Shown here: positions 25,101-34,647 of the stretch, piece after piece
How the letters are laid out: every line of letters begins with the position of its first letter
Numbering within the stretch: position 1 is the stretch's first letter
Assembly (NCBI GenBank): GCA_002633005.1
Contig: NMRA01000013.1
Location: 796,995 to 860,994, forward strand
Direction: 5' to 3'
Source: Phoronis australis
Taxonomy: Eukaryota > Animalia > Phoronida
DNA: 64,000 nt
The notes under the pieces: generated by a model
Told to the model about the DNA's origin: nothing
Database searches by the model: none
Seen by the model: only the letters and a program-made list of their open reading frames with translations
Program-made: the position numbers and the translations under genes

Positions 25101-28100
25101 CCATTTTTTCATTTCTATTTATGTACCGATATAATACATGTCACTATTTTAATTTCATAAGGTACGTTGAGTACAAATTGATTATTTCTTATTTTCACAA
25201 CCAGAAAAGTGTTAGTACTTTGACATTGTCGGCTATTCACAGCAGCTATCTTCGGAATCTATTGGACACTAGGTGGCGTGATGATGAGACTTACCTAAAT
25301 TTTGGAACAGTCTCATCACCACGCTGTCTAGTGTCCGTTAGTTTTCGAAGATGGCTGCTGAGAATAGCCGAAACTGTCAAGGTGCTAACACTTTTCTAGT
25401 TGTGAAAATAAGAAATAATTAATTTGTTATAATACATACAGACATATACACAAGTTAGGACCAATGTGAGGAGCTAGATACCTGTATCAAAGGTCTAGCA
25501 GTGGGTTTTAGTTAGATTCGAATCCACGACCTTGTAAATAGGAACCGGTAACTCCACTCTGCCTCCTCAGTCATAAAGACGTTTACTGAATATGTGTCCA
25601 GATTGAATTTTAGCCTCAGTTTATGACATGATATTAAATTGGTGCAAGACACTCTCGAGAAAATCTAGTGCCATTACACGTGAAAACTAGCTCAGATCCA
25701 TTTCGACAGTATTGACCACGCGGCAATGGTCACTTACGGGGTCTCTTATTTTGAGAACCAGTTTGGTTCTTGTTGTTCAGTTTAGAAAACTGCCGGGTTC
25801 TAAAAAAGCAGGACCCTGTAAGTGAGTGTTACGGACCCGGCTTGCTAAAGAGCTGAGTAGATGTCAGTCGTTTCCAATGGACAAAACTGTTGAGAAATGA
25901 AATACACAACTGACAATCTTAAATTATCAAGACCCCTATTTCTTAAAAAGCAATCTGTTTCTTAATTATTGACATTTTCATCTCCATTTGTCTTTGATTA
26001 GACTTGCGGAAGATACTTATCACTTTCTTGTCAATGTCTACCAGAACAAATTGAATAATGGGAAAAACTTCATACTTTCAGTTAATGCTAATTACATTAA
26101 TTTTTCTTGTAATTTCATCTTGTAGGGAGAAGGTGGCCCACATGACTGTAGGAATGCACTGGAGACCCTGTTTGGTGTGCTCTTCTCTATGATTAAAGTT
26201 ATGGTAAGTTGGAAGTTGTCAGCCATTCTTTTTGTTCCCCACCAAGCGTTAGCGCATAGCTGGGGACACAGTGTTCACGACTGTCCGTACGTACGTCTGT
26301 ACGTTTCGCAATTTTGTTGTCACGATATCTCAAGGAGATAGCTTTAGTTTTTGTTCACATTGTGTACTGTTTGAAGGGGCATCTCCAGGTTCCAGAGTCA
26401 ATTTTGGTGATTTTGACATTCTCCATGATAGCAAGTAACAGCATATGTTCACGAAAACAACAACGGATTTAAAACTTGACATGTTTCGGTGTCATTTATT
26501 AAACACCATCCTCAGAAGTCATAATACAGTGGCCACCTAGCTAGGCCCAGCAACAAGTAATGAAGCACAGATACAGTCAGTTACAGGGAGTGACAATGAA
26601 CTATACCAACAATGACAACCTGTGGTGTGTCANCCACATGACTGTAGGAATGCACTGGAGACCCTGTTTGGTGTGCTCTTCTCTATGATTAAAGTTATGG
26701 TAAGTTGGAAGTTGTCTGCCATTCTTTTTGTTCCCCACCAAGCGTTAGCGCATAGCTGGGGACACAGTGTTCACGACTGTCCGTACGTACGTCTGTACGT
26801 TTCGCAATTTTGTTGTCACGATATCTCAAGGAGATAGCTTTAGTTTTTGTTCACATTGTGTACTGTGTGAAGGGGCATCTCCAGGTTCCAGAGTCAATTT
26901 TGGTGATTTTGACATTGATTTTAAAGTCACAGCCAGAAAATCAGGTTTTTGGTTGTAAAATATTGTTGGAGCAATATTTCAAGACGGAAAGTTAAGTTTT
27001 GTTCATATTCTGTACTGAGATGTAGGTAGGGCATCCCCAGGTGCCAGTCAATTTTAGTGACCTTGGCGTCCTTTTCAAGGTCAAAGCGAGAAAATCAGAT
27101 CTTAACGAGAAAATGTTAGTGCAATACCTCAAGAAGGAAGCTTTAGATTCTGTTTACATGCTGTATCGGAGTAGGTGAGGCACCTCAAGGGACTAGTTGT
27201 CTTCAGTTGAAAGTCTGTATGAATCTGCCTTGGTCTGAATGTTTAAACGCTGTTTAGCGTGCAGTATGGTGGTTAAATGAAATTTATGTTGTCAAATTTC
27301 TCAGCGAGAACAAAGATTAGTAAACTGTTAGTCACTTAGCTTGGCTTGCACAAAACAGCATTTGACAAAGTTTCCAATATTTTGCTTCAAGGTAATTATC
27401 CTTTGAAAAATAAAAAATAACATTTTTGGCAATTGATTTGCTCAGATAAGTGAAGAATTGTCAAAGTGTTATGTCCCATGTCACAAACTGCATCAACTCT
27501 TTTAATACCTGTTTTTATGTTTGACATATCTCCTGCGATGACCTTAAAACACAGTGGGTGCCAACACTCCGTTATAAATTCTGTGAGGAATCCTATTTGA
27601 TGCATTCGATCAATATCTTACGCGCCAAAAAGTCTGACATATGGATGCGGGATTCCCTGTTATAAAGTCTGAGAGCAAGCGGCATTCACCACCAGATTGG
27701 CTAGATTGACCCGTCATCGTCCATCATGGCAAGTCCGTAATTGAAACAGGGCAACTGCATTTTGTCTGGTTTCTTTTGACATGTACTGTAGTTTTAGTAG
27801 TAGGGTGTAATGTTTTGTCTCTTTATTTGTTTGCTTGTTGATGTACGTAGGCCCCGTTCATCCCGTTCCTGACAGAGCACATGTACCAGGGTCTGAAGGA
27901 GAAGCTAGACTCTAAGTCATCGTCTGACCAAGAGGTGGACAGTGTCCACTTTCTGATGTTACCTTCACCCAGGTGAGATGTTCTGTAGGCTTGAGAGATA
28001 TCGGTCTTTTTTGGAGAGAGAAAACTCGCGTACTTCCCCAAGAGTAGAAAATTGTGACCAGGGTTCATATTTGTTGCGATAACAATACAAGGTTTTCACA

Positions 28101-29004
28101 CATGCACTCTTCATGTTAGATGGGAACTGTCATGAACAAGGAGGACATGCATGATTCCAAAGTATGCATTTTGTAAGCAATAACAAAATTCTAGCCTATT
28201 TTTTGTGGTCTTTGTATTTTCATCAAAACAAGTTCAAATTAGAACTTTGTGCGAGTTGTTCCCCCTGCACAACACCTAGTGACTGTGTTTTGTTTGCTTT
28301 GGTGGGACAGTTTGGCATGATCCACTGTGCATGCAATGTCTCCCTCTGTTGGAAAGTTGTATCAGTGTTTTTTGATTTTATGAAAGCAGGGCTTTTCAAC
28401 TAAGTGTTGCAAGGGGGGGTGGGAAATATTTTATTGAGAAGTGCTTGTCTTCAATGATGGAAACCGCCAGGTTTTTGTCAAATAGTCAAAACCACTTTCT
28501 GTTACTGAATGTGTCTCGACTAGTTCCTGATTCATATTAGAAGCAAATTCTGGACTTTGGAGAGACCAGCGCTTTCTCAAAAATGGATACTGAATTGCAA
28601 AATAACTTTATTCAGTGTGTGTAGGCATTTAGTTGGCAGGGGAATATTGGAGGCAAAAAAAAAATTGTAAGAAAATAATCATGATAACATGCATGTGTGT
28701 GTGAATTGTAGGCTGAGATAAACCCATTTGTTTGTATTTCAGGGAGGAGTTGATTTATCCCAAAATGGAGAAGGCTGTGTGCCGTATGCAGTCAGTGATT
28801 GAGCTGGGCCGTGTTATCAGGGATCGGAAGACCATGCCTGTCAAGGTGGGTGTTGACACGTTGTGGGTGGATGTCATATGTTTGTTGCTGAACCTGCACT
28901 TAATTACTATCTTCTGGTCATGAAAATGAAGCAGCATCAGTAACATTAGCAGCATCAGCAACAGCAGCATTGCTAGTTGTGAAGGCTGTAACAGCCAAGG
29001 CATT

Positions 29005-29043
<39 letters not shown>

Positions 29044-32000
29044 TGCTCCTGCTGCTGCTATTGCAGTTGCATGTGCTGCTGCTGCATTTGTTGCTACTGC
29101 ATCTGCTGCTGCTGCTGGTGGTGGTGGTGGTGGTGGTGGAGATGGTGCTGCTGCTGCTACTGCATTTACCAGTTATAGATTCTTTGTCTACAGGTGTGCT
29201 ATGGAACGGACTGCTGCAATGTGCCATTTCATCTGCTGTAAAGGTGTTAACGAGTTGTGTCTTGATAAACTTTTGCCTGATACCATAGATTGTTAACATT
29301 TGTTTAGAAATCCATTTAAACATCTGCTTATTTCGTCTTCCCCATCATGACGTTCATTGTTGTTTCTTTCTCAGTATCCTCTGAAAGAAGTCGTGGTCAT
29401 TCACCAGGACCAAGACTGTCTAGAAGATGTGAAGACACTGGAAAAGTATATCTTGGAGGTGAGTTGCAATACTGTTTTGTACTGTCATCTATAGATCAGT
29501 CTTGTGATTGGCTCTTGGTGTTTAAATTATGCACAGTGGACCAGGTACAATTCAGGAGAAATTTGTGGCAGCGAGGTAGTGGCTGGAAGTTTGAAGGATG
29601 ACTAGGGCCAACCAGTCGCCATGGGAGACAGGTCATAGATACATCAGCCATCCAGAGCAGTCCTCCCGATGTCTTGCATCTAGACCTGTCATTCAGCTAG
29701 TGTCCTATCGATGTCCGACGTCCCGACTTGTCAGCCAAGTTTACTCTCAATGTATAAACCCGTCCCCCAGTTGTCCTCTCCTCTCCATGTCCAAGCCCCT
29801 TCCCCAGCCATCCTCTCGAAGTTCACAGTCATCTCTCAGACATTTGTCATCCAGACCCATCCTGCAGCCCCATTTCACCGTCTGGTGTCCAGTGCCGTCC
29901 CCTAGCCGTACTCCCAACATCCGTCCACAAAAATTTCATGAACTCCACTGCTGTCGAAAATATGAGTGGACCAAGCTTTTATCACTGTTTCATTCATGAT
30001 GATTATGTACAGAAATGACCTCTGAAACAAGGTGTAAAAGACTGGTCGTCTGATTGGTCAAGTGTGAAAGAGATTTTTTTCATTAGAAATGCACACAGTT
30101 TGCATGATGCAGTTATATAATGCCAATTGTAGATAATGACATAAAACAGAAGGCTGAGTTGTAAGTAAATATTGCTTGATCTTTGCACCATTGACGGAGG
30201 ATTCTGCTCATTTAAAAATTGTAGAAAATGTACAATTATTATATTTTTCTGACTTTGTTGTAGAGGTTATTTCCGCAAAATAGAGTAGATCCTGTGTTCT
30301 GATTGGTCTAAGTGTATGCTCGGACTCTGTCAACAAACATACTTCAGCGTTCTCTCTTTCAATATTTTGTGCCTCATTTCTCTCCTGTTCCTTTCACTTA
30401 GGAACTAAATGTGCGTAAGCTGACGACTACCTCTAACAAAGAAAAATACAATGTTCGTCTTCGCGCCGAGCCTGATCACAGCACTCTTGGCGCTCGCCTC
30501 AAGGGGGAGTTCAAGAAGGTTACAGCCGCCATCAGGGACCTAACGAATGACCAACTCAAAGAATTCGTAGACAGCGGAGAGATAATGGTGGAAGGGTACA
30601 AGCTGGGATCTAAAGATCTTCGATTGATGTACACGTACGATAACACTAATGAAGAGTCTCCTAGTCATTACGAGGCTCACTCAGATAATGAGGTCAGCAT
30701 TTACTTCTTAAGCACGTTATCATACTCGGATCTTTTCAGATTATCGCCTCACATAACCACATGTGGTACGTTCAGACGAAAAAAACATCGCATTGTCTTG
30801 TAATAGCCAGACATCAAAAGCAACTGATCATTTTTGTTTTTGATAACTTCCTCTGTTTCCCTTTCTCGTAAGTTCCCCTTTTGCCGAACTAATTTTTGAG
30901 TGGTCTCACGAAATATCGATTTCCTCTGTATTGTTGTTCGGCAGTTCCAGGTGAGCCGACTCGTGGATTATATGGTCTCACCACCTAGTGACTGATGACG
31001 TCAGCGTAAAAAAGGGTGAACTGTGCTTTGTTTTTTGTGTAACTAAAGATAATCATTAATGAAATGCTTGCCCATCAATGATAATCCAAGCACTGTGTGT
31101 GATGTCTGGGATATTTGTGAAACTAGGATGTTTGTATTGGTAGTTAGCTAGTGCAAGTGGTGTGTCACCGAATCATTAAGTGTCTCAGGATTGTGATGGG
31201 GGTCAGTGGAGATGGGTTATGTTGGTGCGTGTTCCAATCTGAAAACACGCTTTTTGATAGAACTGTGGATCTTTTGAATGTTTTCTGTGAATAGAAACTT
31301 CACTGGTCTCGTACTTGTGACTTACAATTGCTACACAGAATTGATATTTGCGTGTCTGAATTTAAAGGAAGACTGCATGCTTATGCATGCTGAAAAATCT
31401 ACCATGTCAAAGAAACAAGCTTGTTTGCTGGTTACGCGCATAGTACAACACGGTAAAATTTGAGATAATTCGCTTTATTTCAAAACTTTAGTTATTCCTT
31501 ATGGCAAACTCGAAATTAATTAAAATGCGACCTCCCCAGCATAATTTATAGACACAAGTTGTAAGCCTGGGATTGATAGATCAATCTCACTCTAAAGAAG
31601 CTTTTTCTGCTTCATTTTATATTTCAAGACTTCGTAAAGCGCATTTTTCAGCTGAAAAGTATATCCATAAGCATTTATTCTCAAATTATACTCTGTCGAC
31701 ATGCCATCAAATTTTCTCAAAATGCTGTCTTTTGATTACTGAGACTTAAGCAAGAAAAGAGACAGAAGTAGTAAGACTAAGATCTTTGACAAAGTTGTTT
31801 CATTTTATGCAGGTGTTGATCCTACTAGACGTCACCCCTGACCAGAGTATGTTGGACGAGGGCGTGGCCCGTGAGGTCATAAACAGAGTGCAGAAGTTGC
31901 GTAAGAAGGTAGGGTGACTTGCTTCTAATAGGGGGCGTGCAGTGCTGACAACCACCGTGAACCATGAATGGTCTTTGGCTAAAGCGGGCAATGCCCATAA

Positions 32001-34238
32001 TTCAATTGTAATTTGTCAATCAAAAATATCGTATGAATTGCCCTTAGGAGAGTGAATACTAATATCTTAAGAAGGATTTGATGGGAGAAAATATCCTGTT
32101 GAAAATTTTGTTATTTATGCCAGTGTAATACTGGAATGAGATAAACATTTCAGTTTCATTTTTGTTTTCATTCCAGGCTCATCTTCAGCCAAAGGATGAC
32201 ATCACTATTTTCTACCAAGCCTCGGAAGACCTCGCGCGCATCATTGAGACCTTTTATCAGTTCATCTATTCAACCATCAAGCAGCCAATGAAGAGTTTCC
32301 CTGTGGCGCATGGCGAGGTTGTCATTGCCGAGAAAGCGAAGGTTAGTGTACCAGTCCAACACTGAAATGCTTGGCTTTGTAGAGATGTGAAGATGGCCTG
32401 TTTTATACTTGCACTTAAGTTATACTCTCTTGACTTTTTTCTACCCGATTTGCCTCCACAGAACACACATCGCAAAAGTCGAGAAAGTCTCTTCCTGTCG
32501 AAAAAAAGACATTTTGGGGCAGGCAGTTTCAATTAATTTTCAAATGATTGCCAAACCAATGCTATTTTTGTTGTGGTTTTCTTCGAAACCGTTTTTTGCC
32601 CATGACCTTGACTTGGTCAGAGCAAATTCAAATTTTGTTATCTTTGTGAAAACTCTTGTAGGATCTTGATACTAGAATAGGGTCAAAGAGCATTCCTTCA
32701 CATGGCGATGTCGTGACCCCGTTAAGCTAGGGGTCCTGTCGCTGACATCATTCCATGATAATGGATCTGCACAATCCCCGAATTTGCTGGATGATGAAAA
32801 TAATATGCCTGGTCTGCATTTCGTATACTTGAGCATTTTGTGAGTAATGCACAGATGGCGTGAGAAGTCATGAGAAATCTTGCATGTGTGTGAGTTTCTT
32901 GGGTCTGTTGAGTGCAGATGACGGTGTCTTCCTAGGCTGGGCTCAAAGTCGATGGGTGTTAGTCAAGGACGTTATGTTTTTGTAATGCATAGTTTATACA
33001 TACCTGTCATGTTAGTCCATGGAGGTTTGACTTTGAAGTCATTTTGAAGTCATTTTGAGCTTGAGACGTGTATACTTTAAGAAGAATAACTCAAACAAAT
33101 AGTTATGTGCTCTGTGTATTTATCGCTAGAATGGTATGTCAAAGATGTTGCAAAGCCATTGTTAGTGTTTACTTACTGAACATTTTTTATTTTATCGTCA
33201 ATTTTCAAAGCCGGAATTTATTATACCCCTGCCTCCAGACTAGTGAATTACTCCCAGTTATTGATGAATCATACTTTATTTTTCAAAACCCTCAAAATAG
33301 AGTTCATTATCCACAACTTGTAGGTGAAGGAACATACTCTGGAAATGGTCGTCATCTATGGTCACGTCGCTGACGTACCCACGCATGCCAAGATCTCGGC
33401 CAGCCCCTCAACCAGCAACAATGTGGGGCCCATCTGTCGTTTCATCAACGTGGAGTTGTGCGGCGTCAACCCAGGAAGTGGCGTTCACGGCAAACAAGGA
33501 ACAGTTCTGCTAGAGAATCCTAAGGGTGACTTCCCATTGTCGTTCACCCAGTTGTCCAATCAAGTGAGTTGTTCACCTTTTGACCCGAGAGTTTGACCTC
33601 TGAACCTTATCAACAGTCATAATGCTGGAGATGAATCAGAAACTACTGCATTCAGTAGTTCTGATGATGGTTGCAATATTCAGTTGTAAAACTTGAGTAA
33701 CGCATATAAAACTGAACTGTGCTATTTTGTCCAAGTTTACGGGAATCTGACGTGTCTGAAAGGCAGAATGCACAAACTAGGATAATTGTACTGCAGGAGT
33801 TTATCGGAGTTGAGGGCATTTAACTTGGGTACATTGTTTTTGTGTTTGCTGCGCTATTGCAAACGATTAAAATTTTCAAGGGTTGTTGAGATCATGATGG
33901 AGGAGCATTTGTTAACGTACCCATCGTCAGAAACACAAGTTTTCCATGCAGTTGCATCGCTTGAAGGTTTAATGCATTTTAATTTCTTATTTGAATTCTC
34001 AACTTTAATGAGTGTATTTCTGTAAGTGGCTGATACTGGCATTGGTGTCTTGTCATAAATTGTGTTCATGCACAGTACTTTAATTTTGTCTACCTCGTTT
34101 CAGGTTGACGGGATATTTGGACTGCATGGGAAAAAGTTTCATTACTACTTATCAAAAGATAAGAAAGGTGAGGTTACAGAAAGTACATGTAACCTCTTTG
34201 ATCTCCATGGAAAGACGTTGTACGTGCACGCAAAGTAA
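6993..34238 (+). CDS. IARS1: Isoleucine--tRNA ligase, cytoplasmic; complete 28-exon CDS, 3543 nt, 1180 aa
   Basis: All exons GT-AG and phase-compatible. Motifs: [14 protein letters not shown] (HIGH), [19 protein letters not shown] and [12 protein letters not shown] (CP1 editing), [32 protein letters not shown]-terminal UNE-I-like LLENPKG. Colinear with human IARS1 as recalled. Confidence 0.98.
7260..7932. mobile_element. Degenerate hAT-like MITE
   Basis: Termini cagtgcttga / ttgagcgctg, subterminal tttggcgacc / ggtcgccaaa motifs, ctata on both flanks. Confidence 0.5.
8858..9014 (+). CDS. IARS1: IARS1 coding exon 2 (HIGH motif)
   Basis: [52 protein letters not shown]. Confidence 0.97.
9724..9843 (+). 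CDS. IARS1: IARS1 coding exon 3
   Basis: [40 protein letters not shown]. Confidence 0.97.
11006..11140 (+). CDS. IARS1: IARS1 coding exon 4
   Basis: [45 protein letters not shown]. Confidence 0.97.
11217..11512. mobile_element. MITE with long (~75-80 bp) terminal inverted repeats
   Basis: gagtctaatactggaataaaaactt...ttagcgacgttgcgtccgcatctcatggacttcagcttga is mirrored by tcaagcagaagtccgtgagatgcggacgcaacgttgctaagtttttattccagtattagactc. Confidence 0.8.
11956..12040 (+). CDS. IARS1: IARS1 coding exon 5
   Basis: [28 protein letters not shown]. Confidence 0.97.
12953..13081 (+). CDS. IARS1: IARS1 coding exon 6 (editing-domain T-rich motif)
   Basis: [42 protein letters not shown]. Confidence 0.97.
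13901..14049 (+). CDS. IARS1: IARS1 coding exon 7
   Basis: [49 protein letters not shown]. Confidence 0.95.
14471..14566 (+). CDS. IARS1: IARS1 coding exon 8
   Basis: [32 protein letters not shown]. Confidence 0.96.
16542..16664 (+). CDS. IARS1: IARS1 coding exon 9
   Basis: [41 protein letters not shown]. Confidence 0.96.
17292..17383 (+). CDS. IARS1: IARS1 coding exon 10
   Basis: [30 protein letters not shown]. Confidence 0.96.
17807..17905 (+). CDS. IARS1: IARS1 coding exon 11
   Basis: [32 protein letters not shown]. Confidence 0.96.
18496..18622 (+). CDS. IARS1: IARS1 coding exon 12
   Basis: [42 protein letters not shown]. Confidence 0.97.
18754..18892. repeat. Degenerate 36-bp minisatellite, about 4 copies
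   Basis: Units start at 18754, 18790, 18826 and 18862; consensus approximately tgccygggcattaattcrgcaaacacrgta. Confidence 0.75.
19146..19222 (+). CDS. IARS1: IARS1 coding exon 13
   Basis: [25 protein letters not shown]. Confidence 0.96.
20058..20252 (+). CDS. IARS1: IARS1 coding exon 14
   Basis: [64 protein letters not shown]. Confidence 0.97.
21103..21189 (+). CDS. IARS1: IARS1 coding exon 15
   Basis: [28 protein letters not shown]. Confidence 0.97.
21595..21678 (+). CDS. IARS1: IARS1 coding exon 16 (KMSKS-type motif)
   Basis: [27 protein letters not shown]. Confidence 0.97.
21696..22150 (+). mobile_element. 3' end of a Penelope-like retroelement (GIY-YIG endonuclease C-terminus plus AT-rich tail)
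   Basis: [22 protein letters not shown]...[21 protein letters not shown] fits the PLE GIY-YIG C-terminal pattern (HFN..H...R..RE.YWI..L.T..P.GLN). It begins at a contig break (N at 21695); the end coordinate is approximate. Confidence 0.85.
21996..22035 (+). ncRNA. Minimal type-I hammerhead ribozyme-like motif of the PLE (U3/A8 core variant)
   Basis: TTTG-TTGATAA-A-GGAAGT(tgtt)ACCTCC-GAA-AATT-T-CAAA: stem I TTTG/CAAA, stem II with one mismatch, palindromic stem III AATT. It lies ~100 nt after the PLE stop, where PLE hammerheads are usually found. Confidence 0.6.
22752..22896 (+). CDS. IARS1: IARS1 coding exon 17
   Basis: [48 protein letters not shown]. Confidence 0.97.
22908..23030 (+). mobile_element. 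Possible degenerate tRNA-derived SINE
   Basis: A-box-like cggcttagtgg followed by a degenerate B-box-like gtgggcttctgtccc; weak support. Confidence 0.3.
23327..23411. repeat. 41-bp tandem duplication
   Basis: gacatagaatagtgtttgcaat(a/t)acat(g/a)attacataacact x2. Confidence 0.9.
23519..23639 (+). CDS. IARS1: IARS1 coding exon 18
   Basis: [40 protein letters not shown]. Confidence 0.95.
24542..24633 (+). CDS. IARS1: IARS1 coding exon 19
   Basis: [30 protein letters not shown]. Confidence 0.97.
25173..25427. mobile_element. Foldback palindromic element, ~118-bp arms with 17-nt loop, containing hammerhead-like motifs
   Basis: 25173-25291 is an imperfect reverse complement of 25309-25427; the right arm contains tcgaaga-tggct...agcc-gaaac-t-gtc. 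Confidence 0.85.
25430..25570 (-). mobile_element. Degenerate tRNA-derived SINE
   Basis: Minus strand reads gaggcagagtgg (A box)...aaggtcgtggattcgaatct (B box), then a body ending in a tgtatg-like tail. Confidence 0.45.
25730..25824. repeat. Degenerate inverted repeat (old MITE)
   Basis: tcacttacggggtctcttattttgagaacc versus ggttctaaaaaagcaggaccctgtaagtga. Confidence 0.6.
26126..26203 (+). CDS. IARS1: IARS1 coding exon 20
   Basis: [26 protein letters not shown]. Confidence 0.96.
26634..26916 (+). repeat. Near-identical second copy of 26138-26420 (partial exon 20 plus intron); probably an allelic assembly overlap
   Basis: 283 bp with 2 visible mismatches, starting immediately after the single N at 26633; lacks the exon acceptor. 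Confidence 0.85.
26722..27195 (+). mobile_element. Helentron-associated/DINE-1-like (HINE) non-autonomous element with internal ~150-bp repeats
   Basis: T-rich start, short inverted repeat (cccca...tgggg), tetranucleotide stretch (ccgtacgtacgtctgt), then 3 degenerate units starting at ~26821, ~26973 and ~27124 with gacctt...aaggtca motifs. Confidence 0.6.
27851..27972 (+). CDS. IARS1: IARS1 coding exon 21
   Basis: [40 protein letters not shown]. Confidence 0.96.
28743..28845 (+). CDS. IARS1: IARS1 coding exon 22
   Basis: [34 protein letters not shown]. Confidence 0.97.
28931..29163. repeat. Intronic trinucleotide microsatellite complex: (CAG)n-like, then (GCT)n/(GGT)n
   Basis: Directly visible; explains the poly-A/L/S spurious ORFs in the track. 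Confidence 0.9.
29375..29458 (+). CDS. IARS1: IARS1 coding exon 23
   Basis: [28 protein letters not shown]. Confidence 0.97.
30402..30692 (+). CDS. IARS1: IARS1 coding exon 24
   Basis: [26 protein letters not shown]...RLMYTYD...YEAHSDNE. Confidence 0.97.
31813..31908 (+). CDS. IARS1: IARS1 coding exon 25
   Basis: [32 protein letters not shown]. Confidence 0.97.
32177..32341 (+). CDS. IARS1: IARS1 coding exon 26
   Basis: [55 protein letters not shown]. Confidence 0.94.
33324..33563 (+). CDS. IARS1: IARS1 coding exon 27 (start of UNE-I-like domain)
   Basis: VKEHTLEMV...[12 protein letters not shown]...[22 protein letters not shown]. Confidence 0.94.
34104..34238 (+). CDS. IARS1: IARS1 last coding exon 28
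   Basis: [44 protein letters not shown] then TAA. Confidence 0.93.
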   Translation, partial: VDGIFGLHGKKFHYYLSKDKKGEVTESTCNLFDLHGKTLYVHAK

Positions 34239-34279
34239 TCTGATGCAACCTAGTGTGGTGACATGCCAAAATTTAAGCC

Positions 34280-34321
34280 CAGGTGAAGTTGTTCAGGCAG
34301 GTGAAGTTGTTCAGGCAGGTG
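34280..34321. repeat. 18-bp tandem repeat in IARS1 3' UTR
   Basis: caggtgaagttgttcagg x2 plus caggtg. Confidence 0.85.
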
Positions 34322-34641
34322 TTTATTATGTGGAGAAGTGACGCGATGTGGATGCTGAAAGCTGAATTCAGAAAATAGCATGTCAGAAGTGAAAATGACC
34401 TGTCGTTCACGATTGTGACATTGTCGAAATCCATGAAAAGATTTTGTCAGAATAGCAATCTGTTTGTGCTCATGACACGACTCCATTAATAAGTTAGAAA
34501 GCGAGGCTGTCATTTGATGACGATTGAGAGCTCACTTGCATCTTCTTAATTCCTAGTTTATTAATCCAAATGTATGTTACAAAATTGTATATTGTAAAAT
34601 AACAGGCCTTGGATGGAATAATTATCAAGACCTATTATCAA

Positions 34642-34647
34642 AATAAA
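34642..34647 (+). terminator. Candidate IARS1 polyadenylation signal
   Basis: AATAAA about 400 nt after the stop codon; an ATTAAA also occurs near 34989. Confidence 0.45.

Noticed and set aside
28755-29323. Poly-Ala/Leu/Ser ORFs
   Set aside because: Produced by an intronic trinucleotide microsatellite; the IARS1 frame is complete without them.
29598-29999. 133-aa Pro/Ser-rich ORF
   Set aside because: Low-complexity gtcc-rich intronic sequence with no recognisable domain.
33660-33700. ctgatgatggttg... hammerhead-like start
   Set aside because: No proper stem II closure, GAAA or stem I.
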